A DNA stretch of 64,000 nucleotides from Octopus vulgaris (GCA_951406725.2 OX597824.1:17298001-17362000), one strand, 5' to 3'. Counted from the first letter of the stretch, positions 14,461-28,720 are shown. Notes: a model not told the origin generated them from the letters alone. Program-made: numbers and translations.

Positions 14461-16128
14461 TATATATATGTGCATATAGACACTCACGTACTCATGTTTG
14501 TTTTTACTTATATTATTTTAGTGGTTATATCTCCGAATTTTCTTCTTAGCTAAACTTTTAAATTTCAGACAAAACTTCACTCATAAGCACTAGAATTTTA
14601 ATCAACTGCGATTTCTCGGCTCGTATCATCCCCACAAATTATCAACAAAAACTATCATACCTTTCCTAAAACACTTTAGGGCGCACATCATACGAGGAAA
14701 AAAATCCGCCTTTTATAGGAAACGATTTAGAAATGTCCATCTACACACCTCCTAATCTTTAGCGCCATCACGCTGTTCGCTATTTTAGTCTCCATTATTT
14801 TTTATCCCACTTGTACCTCTGTAGGACTAAAACCATACTCGTATACAAGGTATAGTAGTGTATAGCCCCTAATTTACTTAACCATCTCTCTTCATCTCGT
14901 TTTTCATACCATGTCGACCTTATTTAAAAATACTTGTACAACACAGTTTAGCAAAATTTTGGTAAAAATGACAGCAAACTTTTGGAAATACTTCGTTGCA
15001 AAAGACACAGCGAGGAAGCACTTTCACAGTTGTATAAACCTTTAGGAGAAGGAAGCCAGACAAATCTTATTCCCTCTGATTCAGTTTAACACTAACCCTT
15101 GGTTGTTGGGTATCTTTATCTGAGTATATTCCGAAGCGAGTGTTTGAGTCAATTCTCCTCTTTTAATATACGAAATCTTTCTTCTATGCTAACCAACAAA
15201 AGAATACAGGTGGACTACATTGGATCATATATTTCACGATAATGGATGCTCTAGAGAGTATGTATGGTGGCTGAAAACCCTTTAATGATAAGTTTGCAGC
15301 GTCAGTGCTGGCCTGAGGCTGAATAAAGCAAAATGTAAAAACTCATTGCTTAAGCTTTCTGTAAAAATACTAATCTATATCTAGTCAAACGGAACAGCAT
15401 GAGCTGCCAACAACTCTTTCTTGTGAAGTGACAGTTAAATGAGAATATCGTGCATGAGTTTAATAAGAAGTTTAATAAAAGGAACTTTTAATAAACTGAA
15501 ACTTTCAGTTAAGTGAAGCAGTCCAAAGTAAGCTTTCAAATTGATGATGAGGGATAGGGAGAGATTGAGAATGATTGAAAGAACGAAAGAGTGAGAGAGA
15601 GAGAGAGAGAGTGAAGCCATCTCGTTTACCGATTTCCGTTTAGTCTTTTAACTAATGTATGCATATTACGATTCTAGATGCTTGTGTCTGTATGTACAAT
15701 TTTGTATACATAAACAATCACGCTCGTTCTGTCTCTTACTCATTGGTATATATATATATATCCCTATATAAAATGCTAAGTCACACGTCCCTTTTTGCTT
15801 TTGTTTTTTTTTTGTTTTTTGTTAGGGATTTTTTTCACTTTATGTCTCAAGTGAATGACAATACAAGGAAAGTAGCAAGTGTAAGGAAGGCGGTACAAAG
15901 AAACAATGAAAAACACAACAAAAGGGCAGCAATGAATAAACTGGAAAGATAATTTGATTGATAGATGTGTGGTTGACAGAAAAGTAAAAAAAAAAAAGGG
16001 TGAGTAAGTGAGAAGTAGAGAGGGAGAGCGAGGGACGGCCAACAAGAGATGAATACAAACGAGCAGAAAATTGTAACAGAAAACAAGAGCATAAAGAGAA
16101 GCGAAAGATTATGAATTATTGAAAGGCA

Positions 16129-16159
<31 letters not shown>

Positions 16160-16256
16160 GACGTTTCTAATAGGTACTATGTTTAAAAGACTTAATCATA
16201 TACGTAATATGCAATCATGAAGTGATATGTACGTGTATGTATATATATATATATAT

Positions 16257-16287
<31 letters not shown>

Positions 16288-16303
16288 CATATATATACAT
16301 ATA

Positions 16304-16705
16304 TCTTTTACTCATTTACTTGTTTCAGTCATTTGACTGTGGCCATGCTAGAGCACCGCCTTTTGTCGAGCAAATCGACCCCAGGGCTTATTCTTTGTAA
16401 GCCTAGTACTTATTCTATCGGTCTCTTTTACCGAACCGCTAAGTTACGTGGACACCAGCATCGGTTGTCAAGCACTGTTGGGGGGGGGTTCAAAGCAAAG
16501 ACAGACGACAGACACACACCCACACACATATATATATATACATATATACGACGGGCTTCGTTCAGTTTCTGTCTACCAGTTCCACTCACAAAGTTTTGGT
16601 GCGCCCGAGATAGTAGTAGAAGACACTTGCCCAAGGTGCCAGGCAGTGGGACTGAACCCGGAATCATGTGGCTGGTAAGCAAGCTACTTACCACACAGCC
16701 ACTCC
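16304..16705 (-). mobile_element. SINE family A
   Basis: Collinear with other copies; a few 5' bases missing. Confidence 0.9.
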
Positions 16706-16718
16706 ATATATATAATGA

Positions 16719-16872
16719 AAAGAAGAAGAAGAAGAAGAAGAAGCAGACGAAGAAGAAGAAGAAGAAGAAGAAGAAGAAGAAGAAGAAGAAGAAGAAGAAG
16801 AAGAAGAAGAAGAAGAAGAAGAAGAAGAAGAAGAAGAAGAAGAAGAAGAAGAAGAAGAAGAAGAAGAAGAAG
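16719..16872. repeat. (AAG)n microsatellite
   Basis: Near-perfect run. Confidence 0.97.
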
Positions 16873-16877
16873 GGCTA

Positions 16878-17312
16878 CAACAAATATTCTGCTCAATACC
16901 ACAGATTTGACTTTAACCAGTTGAGCATGTCCCTTAGTGATTCACGATATGTGCATCTCTGATCACGAGCAGAAGTAGTGGGGGAGCACCATAGCCATGT
17001 GGTGAGAGGGATTCTTTGGGGTTTGAATAATTCCCCTCTGGAAACAGGGGTATTTTGTTCATCACCGTTCAACAAACCTTGAGCGGGATGGGCTACTCCA
17101 CATGGAAAAACATTCTAACTGGGCCCCACCTGCAAGGTCATGCGCTGTTTATCTTGATATGACATCACCATGTCGCACACATATGGTTGTGATTCACGTT
17201 CCTGGTATATCCTCAACTAACGTGTAGTCATAATGGTATGTTGGGCTTCATATATTTTACCCCAATGTCACTTTGATGGCACGCGCTGCTCTCTCAATAA
17301 TAATGATAATAA
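16878..17312 (+). mobile_element. Probable non-LTR retrotransposon 3' end with (AAT)n tail
   Basis: Complex, GC-richer block ending ctctctcaataataatgataataat. Single copy here; family not resolved. Confidence 0.4.
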
Positions 17313-17504
17313 TTTCTTGTAACTAGAAAATTGTGAATTCATTTTAGCAGACTAAAATGAATGCAAACATATAGCATCCAAAGGTAATCTTTTTTCCTCT
17401 GTTAATATTATGCTCATGTAGCGAAAATGTAAATCTAATTTTTATTGTGTATTAATAGAAACGGCTGTCAGTGAAGATGACGAATTTGCTGTTAATAATC
17501 AAGA

Positions 17505-17653
17505 CTGTGTGGTAAGTAGCTTGCTTACGAACTACATGGTTCCGTGTTCAGTCCCACTGCGTGGCACCTTGGGCGGATGTCTTCTACTATAGCCTCGGGC
17601 CGACCAAAGCCTTGCGAGTGGATTTGGTAGATGGAAACTGAAAGAAGCCCGTC

Positions 17654-17714
<61 letters not shown>

Positions 17715-17715
17715 C

Positions 17716-17761
<46 letters not shown>

Positions 17762-17927
17762 TTGTGTGTCTTTGTTTGTCCCCCGAACATCGCTTGACAA
17801 CCGATGCTGGTGTGTTTACGTCCCCGTAATCTAGCGGTTCGGCAAAAGATAGAAAGCGATAGAATAAGTACTAGGCGCTGCCCCAGCATGGCCACAGTCA
17901 AATGACTGAAACAAGTAAAAGAGTAAA
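17505..17927 (+). mobile_element. SINE family A with deletion in 3' half
   Basis: ctgtgtggtaagtagc...aagtaaaagagtaaa; the segment between actaggc and gctgccccagc is missing. Confidence 0.9.
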
Positions 17928-17984
17928 TTATTAGCTTCCCAATCACCATTTTCTTCTTCTTTTATATGTATGTACATATATCAC

Positions 17985-18266
17985 CTGATCGACTGGAATA
18001 TTGTTATACATCGCTGGTCACTATGAGCTTTGCATAAGTTTTAGCTTTCGACTAAAGCAATCCTAGTGACTAGATGAGCCGGCTAACAATACTCGTGGGT
18101 GAAAGAATCGACTACCGCAGTGTGATCCATTTACAGCCGACTGGACTAGAGAAGCGGAAATGCCGTGTTTTATTCAAGAATACAACTTGCTGCTTGATCT
18201 TCGAATCAAACCCACGATCCAGGGATCATGAAGGCAATACCCAAATCGCTACATCACGCGCCTTCG
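17985..18266 (-). mobile_element. Degenerate Meta-type tRNA SINE
   Basis: Reverse complement starts gaaggcgcgtg, with tgtattcttgaataaaacac...ctagtccagtcggctg resembling 50563-50805. Confidence 0.45.
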
Positions 18267-18319
18267 CATGTATATCATTATTCAATTTTACTTCAAGATT
18301 TCTTGCCAATAGAGAAAGA

Positions 18320-18635
18320 GCCGGTTTCTAACATTGATCCAATGTTCCTTCACTGGAATTTCAACGCCAACAAAAGGGTTTACTTGTATGTATGTATGTA
18401 TGTATGTATGTATGTATGTATGTATGTATGTATGTATGTATGTATATATGTATGTATGTGTATATGTGTGTGTATGTATGTATGTATTTATGTATGTATG
18501 TATGTATGTATGTATGTATACGTGCAAATTTGTATGTCTTGTTTTATGTATGTTTTCTCATACATATACTTACATATCTAGACATGCGTATATATACTTA
18601 AACGATACACTTCTGGCATGTTTTACAAATATTTA
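18320..18635 (+). repeat. Dispersed repeat with internal (TATG)n, copy 1
   Basis: gccggtttctaa...gatccaa...tggaatttcaa...(tatg)n...atctagacat...acttctgg is shared with 34028-34260. Confidence 0.7.
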
Positions 18636-18639
18636 TAGT

Positions 18640-18915
18640 TGCTTTCTCCTTTCTGGTTTTGAGAAGCCTAATTTCCCAAGATTGGTATTTAGACAGTGTG
18701 TTACATATCCCAGTGCCCCAAAAATTACAGGCATAAACCTGAATCTGTAATCTGAATAGGGTAACATCAGATTTCCCAGTAATTATAACGTAGGTATTTT
18801 CTCCTTTACTTATCTGCGGCTTCGTGTTAACATCTGCTGGGCAGCTGATTTTCACACACAACTGTACACGGTTTCTCTTCACGAACCCCTATCATTATAT
18901 TAGATCTAGTTTTTG
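18640..18915 (-). pseudogene. Decayed RLE-type non-LTR retrotransposon endonuclease C-terminus
   Basis: Frameshifted minus-strand translation ...ISCPADVNTKPQISKGENTY / LLGNLMLPYSDYRFRFMPVIFGALGYVTHCLNTNLGKLGFSKPERRK fits a restriction-like endonuclease C-terminus (xPxxxGALG). Confidence 0.7.
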
Positions 18916-19011
18916 CTCAACATGTGTTTTGTTACAGGTGTCATTCATGTAGCTATGTATATATATATGTATATATAAACAGTCATATATAAACAGTCAT
19001 ACACATACACA

Positions 19012-19069
<58 letters not shown>

Positions 19070-19089
19070 AACATATATGTTTCTATTTC

Positions 19090-19130
<41 letters not shown>

Positions 19131-19680
19131 ACAAATATAAACAAAAGGGTAGTAATATAGATTACTGCCAGTGGCTCAGCACAAAAGACGAATTAGTCAT
19201 TAGACAAAATATTATTCATATAGAAAAATATTATTCCTGTAGAAATATAATTAAGGGCTCCTAAATAAGGATGCCAAGTGCTGGAACACAAAAAGAGGAC
19301 CAACTTATCGCGAGTGAAAATCAAAATCATTTACCGATAACTTATATATATATATGTATATATGCACAAATGCATAGCTATGTTCATACTCTTAAATGTA
19401 GTTCAAAATTTACGAGCAGGTAGCGTTTAATTTATTTAATGCAATCATAAATGTTTACATCATAACATATAATTATACAATCGTCAGCTAAAATATTCAA
19501 ATAGGTAAGATTTTTAAGCATCTACCTGGACATAACTGACATTAGATGAACAAGTAGCACATAGTTCAGGGTTATTCATGTTACTGTGAGTTACACGTTA
19601 AGGTACCTAACCATTAATAGCGCCCTGCAATTTAATGTAACTTGATTCTTTAGAATCCTCTTATCAAACTCATACACACA

Positions 19681-19736
<56 letters not shown>

Positions 19737-19749
19737 TATATATATATAT

Positions 19750-20169
19750 ACTCTTTACTCTTTACACTTTTACTTGTTTCAGTCATTTGACTGCGGCCAT
19801 GCTAGAGCACCGCCTTTAGTCGAGCAAATCGACTCCGAGACTTATTCTTTGTAAGCCCAGTACTTATTCTATCGGTCTCTTTTGCCGAACCGCTAGGTGA
19901 CGGGGACGTAAACACACCAGCATCGGTTGTCAAACAATGCTAGGGGGACAAACACAGACACACAAACACATACACACACATTCATATACATATATATACA
20001 TATATACGACAGGCTTCTTTCAGTTTCCGTCTACCAAATCCACTCACAAGGCATTGGTCGGCCCGGGGCTATAGCAAAAGACACTTGCCCAAGATGCCAC
20101 GCAGTGGGACTGAACCCAGAACCATGTGGTTGGTAAACAAGCTATTTACCACACAGCTACTCCTGCGCC
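19750..20169 (-). mobile_element. SINE family A, full length
   Basis: Collinear full copy. Confidence 0.92.
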
Positions 20170-20805
20170 TAAGATGTGTGTCTAAGAATCTATCTATAGG
20201 TACAAACATATATATATATCTAAATATAAATATATTGTTGTCGGTGTATGTACATACATACATACACACACATATATATATATAAATATATATATTCTAA
20301 CATGCATATATTTATGTATGTATCATATAATTTCATATGCGTGTTAACCCTGGTATTTACGTTGTTAAGCCCATTCGCTGTCGCTGGCTATGCGACAGAA
20401 AGTTATTCGTAGATTCTCTTACCAAACCACCTATGCCTTCAAACCCACAAATAGTCCCAGTGTTATTATTGTTTTAAACTAGTTGATTGGGGATAGCATG
20501 TTCCTGTATTGCCTTAATTTACAATTGTTTCAACGAATACATTTAGAGGGTACAATAATGAATTATATGCAGAACTGTGATGCGTTGGGATGAAGAACTC
20601 AGGAATGAACTGTTGCGTACGTTTTTGCCTAGTATAGTATATACATGGGATCGAATTTCAATGAAACAATTTTAGATTAAATTATGAAATGACTTGCTCA
20701 CAACATTTTATTCCATATATATATACATACATATGTACACATCTATATATGTGTATATAGTCACATGTTCATATATGTCAACATATATACATAGACACAC
20801 ATATG

Positions 20806-20842
<37 letters not shown>

Positions 20843-20911
20843 GAATATATATATATATATATACACACATAAGAATATATATAACTATATATATATATAT
20901 ATACATATATA

Positions 20912-20957
<46 letters not shown>

Positions 20958-20960
<3 letters not shown>

Positions 20961-21167
20961 TTAATCCAACCAAGAGAGCACAAAAAACACAACAACGTGA
21001 GGACGTGGAACAAATATAGTATTATTTGACGGTCAGGAAAAAGAAAGAAGGAGGGCTTAACGTTTCGAGCGGAGCTCTTCGTCGGAAACATAGGAGAAGG
21101 AAAGATCCAGAGAAGGGAAAACAGAGGGAAAAAAATCGTCAGCAGTACACACGAGGTCACATTTTGA
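20958..21167 (-). mobile_element. PLE-type terminal repeat with minimal hammerhead variant (21055-21089)
   Basis: Minus strand gttt-CCGACGA-A-gagc tcc gctc-GAAAC-GTT-aagc; the block lies between (TA)n runs. Confidence 0.65.
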
Positions 21168-21638
21168 AATATATATATATATACACACACACACATACAC
21201 GCACATACACATATATTATATATGTATATATATTTAACACAAGCTATAATATCGCCTGCATAACGTCCTTTATATATTTATTTTAATTGCTAAACACAGC
21301 AGCTAAATTCCCCCACTTAAATCACACCCTGATATATTAAGAAAATGACACGTTCGGTAGTATGTACTTGAATCCCTTTCGGTGAGGTCTGACCTAGGGC
21401 TCAACAGAATAGAAGGCTAGAAACGTCATCGTCCCTTCCTCACCAATCTATCACCGCCACCATCACCACTAAACGAACAATAACAACCAGAGCAATATCA
21501 ATGAATGTGACAGTGTATTGTTTATATCTATTTAGAAACTGGAGTCATCACCCGCCCCCCCCATATCACACCCGCCCCCCCCCATATATAAATACGAATA
21601 TATATATATATATTGATATGTATAAATATACTATATAT

Positions 21639-21749
<111 letters not shown>

Positions 21750-21944
21750 CGATATATATATATGTATATATAGATACATATATTTATGTATATATCTATA
21801 TACGTATGTATAGGTTATATATGCATACATACTCATATATAAAATATAATTTAACATGTATATATATATATATATATGCATATATATATATGTATATATA
21901 TGTATATACATACATATGTAATGATTTATAGTATAATTTAATAT

Positions 21945-22010
<66 letters not shown>

Positions 22011-22378
22011 CATTAATATATATGCATAATACGTATGTGTTGTGTGACTCGAGTAAGTTTCGATCCAGAAGAATTCAGACCCAAAATATTCTAGGTACGG
22101 CCATCCTCATCCTAATTTATTGTGCACAATGCATCTGCATTGATCAATATACCATTCCTTTTTGGTTTTTTTATCGAAACATGTGTGATTTTGCTGCTAT
22201 TTCTAGCTGGACGAGTAGTCCTATAGCGACGTAACCGTAACGCGTTGTGCATTTTCTGTGTATACGTGCGTATGCACCGCTATATATTTGAGTATGTGTA
22301 AGGATATGTGTGTGTGTGTTTTGGTTAGTTCCTTGTGTCCGTATGTGTATGTGTAGTGTTACACGTGTATACAATTTA

Positions 22379-22442
<64 letters not shown>

Positions 22443-22644
22443 CTCTGCGTATCGATGTGCCTATATAATGTCATATATGCGAGTAAATTGTTATACATAT
22501 GATTATGCTTATAGAACATGGTCTGCGTATGCTCAAAGACTTTCATGTGTGTGTGTGCATGCGTGTGTGCAAGGCGACACATGTATATATATGTATGTAT
22601 ATGTATATATATATATATATGTGTGTGCATATATATGTGTATCT

Positions 22645-22984
22645 GTGGCTGTGTGATAAGTAGCTTTCTTACGAACTACATGGTTCCTGGTTCAGTCCCA
22701 CTGCGTAGGATCTTGGGCAACCAGAAACTTGTGAGTGGATTTGGTAGGCGGAAACTGAAAGAAGCCCTTCGTATATATGTATATATGTATGTATGTGTAT
22801 ATGTTTGCGCGTCGGTGTTTCTTCCCCCAACATCGCTTGACAACCGATGCTGGTGCGTTTACGTCCCTGTAACTTAGCGGTTCGGCAAAACAAACAGATA
22901 GAATAATTACTAGGCTTACAAAGAATAATTCCTGCGGTCGATGTGCTCGACTAAAGTCAAATGACAAAGAAGTAAAAGCGTAAA

Positions 22985-22986
<2 letters not shown>
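22645..22986 (+). mobile_element. SINE family A, tandem copy 1 (internal deletion)
   Basis: Shares private variants with 23019-23406. Confidence 0.88.
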
Positions 22987-23018
<32 letters not shown>

Positions 23019-23021
<3 letters not shown>

Positions 23022-23406
23022 CGCAGGAGTGGCTGTGTGATAAGTAGCTTTCTTACGAACTACATGGTTCCTGGTTCAGTCCCACTGCGTAGGATCTTGG
23101 GCAAGTGTCTTCTACTATAGCCTCGGGCCAACCAGAAACTTGTGAGTGGATTTGGTAGGCGGAAACTGAAAGAAGCCCGTTGTATATATGTATATATGTA
23201 TGTATGTATGTATGTGTATATGTTTGCGTGTCTGTGTTTGTTCCCCCAACGTCGCTTGACAACCGATGCTGGCGTGTTTACGTCCCTGTAACTTAGCGGT
23301 TCGGCAAAACAAACGGATTGAATAAGTACTAGGCTTACAAAGAATAATTCCTGCGGTCGATGTGCTCGACTAAAGTCAAATGACAAAGAAGTAAAAGCGT
23401 AAACGA
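23019..23406 (+). mobile_element. SINE family A, tandem copy 2
   Basis: Full head; the same diagnostic variants as copy 1. Confidence 0.9.
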
Positions 23407-23450
23407 TATATATATAATGATGAATATCAAAGTGGCAAAAATACGTCACG

Positions 23451-23493
<43 letters not shown>

Positions 23494-23494
<1 letters not shown>

Positions 23495-23915
23495 GCGCAG
23501 GAGTGGCTGTGTGGTAAGTAGCTTGTTTACCAGCCACATGGTTCCGGGTTCAGTCCCACTGCGTGGCACCTTGGGCAAGTGTCTTCTACTATAGCGTCGG
23601 GCCGACCAAAGTGTGTGTGTGTGTGTGTGCGTCTCTGTGTTGTGTGGCTATGAAAAGCCCGTCGTATATATGTATACATATATATATGCGTGTGTGTGTG
23701 TTTGTGTGTCTGTGTTTGTCCCCCTAGCATTGCTTGACAACCGATGCTGGTGTGTTTATGTCCCCTTTACTTAGCGGTTCGGCAAAAGAGATCGATGGAA
23801 TAAGTACTGGGCTTACAAAAGAATAAGTCCCGGGGTCGAGTTGCTCGATTAAAGGCGGTGCTCCAGCATGGCCGCAGTCAAATGACTGAAACAAGTAAAA
23901 GAGAGAAAAAGAGAG
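23494..23915 (+). mobile_element. SINE family A, tandem copy 3
   Basis: Full head and tail; part of the 5' half is replaced by (GT)n. Confidence 0.9.
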
Positions 23916-24024
23916 TATATATATATATATATGTGGATGGATGGATGGATATGTATGTATAGACATTAATGTATGCTCGTATATATAACTAGATATTTAT
24001 GTATAATAACTATATATATATATA

Positions 24025-24180
24025 CGTATAAATAGCTAGGTGTCTGTGCATGTGTGTGTACATGTCTGTCCTTACATCTATAGATGCTTATATATATATA
24101 TATATATATACGTATAAATAGCTAGGTGTCTGTGCATGTGTGTGTACATGTCTGTCCTTACATCTATAGATGCTTATATA
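24025..24180. repeat. 86-bp tandem duplication bounded by (TA)n
   Basis: cgtataaatagctaggtgtctgtgcatg...catctatagatgctta at 24025 and 24111. Confidence 0.9.
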
Positions 24181-24325
24181 TATATGTTCCTTGGTTTGTG
24201 TCTATGTTTTTCGTCTCTCTATGGGTTCGACGTCTTTTTGGTGTCCTGTACACATATATGCGTGTATATGTACATGTAGAGGTAGGTACGTACATATATG
24301 TTTATATATATGCATATATTTTATT

Positions 24326-24360
<35 letters not shown>

Positions 24361-24374
24361 GTGTGTGAGTGTGT

Positions 24375-24422
<48 letters not shown>

Positions 24423-24813
24423 ATGCGGGGCAATTTAAGCGTGCATGTATGATTTCTGCATGCCTATATTCCCAGTAACTGCGTGCTACTTTTATTTTTT
24501 CTTTTTGTGTCTGTGTGTGCGATTCGCAGTCACCAGAGTTAAGCTTCATTTTGTTTTTTATCCTATGCCATATCGCTTGTGTCTGTGCGTTCGTCACAGC
24601 GAAGCACTTCTACTCATCTCTACCAATGGCAATTACATTGTATATGAGAACGAGCATATATCATAGTTCGCTCGCTCGCGCGCGTGTACGTGGGCTTCCA
24701 GAGCTAAGCTGTGTATAAAACTCTGAAAACAATTTAGTTCTCTAAGTACATAGACAAATTTTGGCCCGTGGTACATTCTGAATGGTATACCTAAGCAAAA
24801 AATTACCGTTACT

Positions 24814-25438
24814 AGGAATGGCTGCGTGGTATGTAGCTTGCTTACCAACCACATGGTTCCGGGTTCAGTCCCACTGCGTAGCACCCTGTGTGTCTTCTAA
24901 TGTGGCCTAGGGTTGACCAAAACTTTGTAAGTGGATTTGGTATCTTCCCACGGGTTCAGTCCCACTGCGTGGCATTTGGGCAAGTGTCTTCTACTATAGC
25001 CTCGGGCCGACCTTGTGAGTGGATTTTGTAGACGGAAACTGAAAGAAGCCCGTCGTATATATGTATATGTATATAAAATAATAATAATGTATATTATTGC
25101 ATACAGTGCTCAGGTGCACCACAACTTCTCAAAAGTGCGTATAAAGCATATGCAGTAATGTACAAATGTCTGGAAAGTGAACAGTGTATGAGTCAGAAAA
25201 ATGCTTGCGTGTGTATGGAGGGGGGAAATCAGGTGTATGTGTTTGTGTATATGTTTGTGTGTGTGCGTTTGTCCCCCCAACATCGCTTGACAACCGATGC
25301 TGGTGTGTTTACGTCCCCGTAACTTAGCGGTTCGGCAAAAGAAACCGATAGAATAAGTACTAGGCTTCCAAAGAATAAGTCCTGGGGGTCGATTTGCTCG
25401 ACTAAAGGCGGTGCTCCAGCATGGCCGCAGTGAAATAA
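24814..25438 (+). mobile_element. SINE family A with duplicated head and nested insertion
   Basis: Head at 24814-24942, second partial head from 24951, insertion at about 25077-25233, 3' half to 25438. Confidence 0.85.
25077..25233 (-). mobile_element. Short retroelement 3' end with (ATT)n tail nested in SINE A microsatellite
   Basis: Unique ~155 bp interrupting the SINE; reverse complement ends ...gcactgtatgcaataatatacattattattatt. Confidence 0.6.
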
Positions 25439-25847
25439 GTAGCGCGTCCCAACTAATAATAAACCGCGTCACAATGTGGCTAGCTTCTCCCATGTCTGGA
25501 TTAGATACAAACTTAAAGATCACAAAAAAACCGGTTGATTGATTATCAGGATTATTAGAATGTGGGATAAAGTTCCCTCTTGTATTTCAGCAGGGCTTTT
25601 GTTGTTTTGAGCTCGAATCACGCACCAGTAAAACTTTCTATTTGGGTCGCAAAAATAATAAGACAGGTGCTATATATAGATGATGTTATAAGCTAACACC
25701 GGTCAATCAAATAATTCTGATCATGTGCCACAATTAAATATGTTATCTACAGTAAATGAAATGTATATCAGCTTCTGTAGATTGCTTATGGGAACATTAT
25801 TCCTTACACGTGCACATCTATCTATCTATCCATCCATCCATCCATCC

Positions 25848-25904
<57 letters not shown>

Positions 25905-26332
25905 ACTATGTATCTATCTATCTATCTGTCTGTCTGTCTTTTGTCTGTCTGTCTATCTATCAATCTATCTATCTACAGACACACACACAAACACACACAA
26001 ACACACACACACACACATACACACACACACACACACACATATATACATACATAAGCACACAAGCATATGTGTGTATAAACACATGTGTAATTGTCTATAC
26101 TTATATACACATACTTGTTGTCTAGGGTATGTCTTAAAATTTCACTCCCTAGTAGGTCCCGGTTCGTGAATTCCAGGTTATTTAGAATTGTGGAACCATT
26201 TCTTAGTCACTATTTTACCCTGACACGGAGTTGAAGCACTTGTTAGAGCCCTACCTATGGGTTAACTAAGATGTGAACCATTGGGATTGAAGGCCACCAA
26301 GTCCTCGGAAATTCGCATGACAGAACCAGAAT

Positions 26333-26470
26333 TTCTTTCTGCTCTAGGCACAACTGTCGAAAGTTTTGTGGGAAGGGATCAGTCGATTAGATAAGCAACT
26401 GGTACATAATTTATCGACCCCCGAAAGGACAAAAGGCGAGACGACCTTGGCGGAATTAGAACTCAGAACG
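26333..26470 (-). mobile_element. SINE family B fragment
   Basis: ctggtacataatttatcgacccccgaaaggacaaaaggcgagacgaccttggcggaattagaactcagaacg. Confidence 0.75.
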
Positions 26471-26923
26471 CAAATGAAAGAAACAGAATTGCAGCCCGTC
26501 TCTCGTCGTTTCAAACTCGGTTGCTCAACTGAGGTGAAAGTTGAATGAGATGCAAAGGGGGTTTCGTTTCAATTTATTCACTCAAAATAAAATCGCACAC
26601 AGAAACGTCAGAAGAATATATCCGTAAGACACACACATACACACAGGTGTGTGTGTGTGAGCGCATATGTCTGTGCATAAATGCGTATGAATATGCATAA
26701 ATATATGTATATACATATATATATATAAATATACATATATTTAAGCATTTATATATATGTATATATATAGATGTATATATGTATATATATATATATATAT
26801 AAATACATACATACATATATATATATATGTCTATATATACATATATACATATATCATATATATGTATATATGTATATATACTTGCATACAGGTATACGTG
26901 TAATTTTGCATATATACTTAATA

Positions 26924-26984
<61 letters not shown>

Positions 26985-27074
26985 TTGTAAACATATAGAT
27001 ATATGTACTCACTTATTCATAGATACATTCCTACATACATATATGTATGTATATAAATATATTCACACACACAC

Positions 27075-27125
<51 letters not shown>

Positions 27126-27326
27126 TATGTATGCATATATATTTATATATATATATAGACATACACAGACACACATATACACAAGCATATACATATATAC
27201 CCTCTCACGCATATATATGTACATACATATATATTGATAGCTATAGATACACAGAAATTCACATGTATACACACACACTCACACACACATATATAGGTAA
27301 GTAAATAGATAGACAGATAGACAGAC

Positions 27327-27407
<81 letters not shown>

Positions 27408-27653
27408 TGGGTGAGTGGATTGGTCAAACGAAAGAATGGGGTACTCAGCACAGAAGCTTATATTTAACTCCAGCTAAATGTGGTCAGTGTCCCCCTTTGT
27501 AGGACCCTAGGTTCCTGTAGCCATCTTGGAGTCTTCCTGTCGTTCCTTTCGGTTAAAAGAGCTCGACTAGGTAGGTTTCTGTAAAAAGCTTACGAAACCT
27601 TAATTTTGCATCAGACTTTTGTAAAAGTAACATACACACACACGACACCCACA

Positions 27654-27696
<43 letters not shown>

Positions 27697-27828
27697 ATGT
27701 GTGTGTATGTGTGTGTGTGTGTGCGTGTGTGTGTGTATATATGTATATACATGTATATATATATATATATGTATATATATATACATGTATATATATATAC
27801 ATACATACCTGCATACATACATACCTGC

Positions 27829-27860
<32 letters not shown>

Positions 27861-27964
27861 TCATATATATATATTTATATATATATATACATACATACAT
27901 ACATACATACATACATACATACATAAATACATACATACATACACACTCACGCATTTACCTCTCG

Positions 27965-27996
<32 letters not shown>

Positions 27997-28084
27997 GAGT
28001 CCATAACCCTTCAAGTAGCTTTAGCGGGAGTGAGAGCTGCGTTCAAATTCGGTCCCCGCCGTTTTGTTTGCTATAACTTCACCA

Positions 28085-28720
28085 CTTGAAATCTCTTCTA
28101 TTATTGGGAATTTCATGAATGAATGAGTTTGATTCTGCACCGTTGAGGTGGGCTGATACGGAACTCCTGACTATAGGAGATCCAGATTTGGTTTGAAGCC
28201 TCCTAAATCCATCGTATACAGGTCTCTCAGTCTTTGGGAGAGAAGAGTGAAGAGCTGTTGCCCCTTGAAACTCAAAGAGTTGCAGTATGTTTGGCATTCG
28301 GCAGTGGCACTCTCGTTCTGCTGTTTGTGTAACTTTTACTGATGATCCCTTATGCAAGTCCTTCCAGGATTTTCCAGGTGTTTATCATTGCATATCTTCC
28401 CCTCCTTCGTTCTCGGGAGTAGACAGTCTTACTTTTTCAGCCTTTCCCAGCATCTGCTTTGTCGCATTAACACGAGTTCCTTTCTGTAGCTCTGCTGGAA
28501 TGCTTCGAATTCCGCTGCTAATTTTAACCAGTGTGGTCACGCCAGTTGGAAGCAGAAGCTCATAGGGCTGAGGATATGTGTCCATCAGAGCAACATCATC
28601 GTTTCTTCTTTGGTTCCGAGAGATTAAAGGATCTGACCAGTCAACCGTCTGTATTTTATTACCAACTTAGTAATATTCACCTGGAAAAGTGCATCAATAC
28701 TAATGAATTGTAGAGGCCCA
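28085..28720 (-). pseudogene. Decayed CR1/L2-like LINE reverse-transcriptase C-terminal region
   Basis: Minus-strand translation with stops and frameshifts: ITKLVIKYRRLTGQIL*...SFCFQLA*PH...CWERLKK / YSRERRRGRYAMINTWKILEGL ...NSLSFKGQQLF. This matches the YWERLxxLxLYSLERRRER...WKILEGL motif. Confidence 0.8.

Noticed and set aside
28079-28585. Two normal-looking minus-strand ORFs as a host gene
   Set aside because: Off-frame readings of a decayed LINE RT region.
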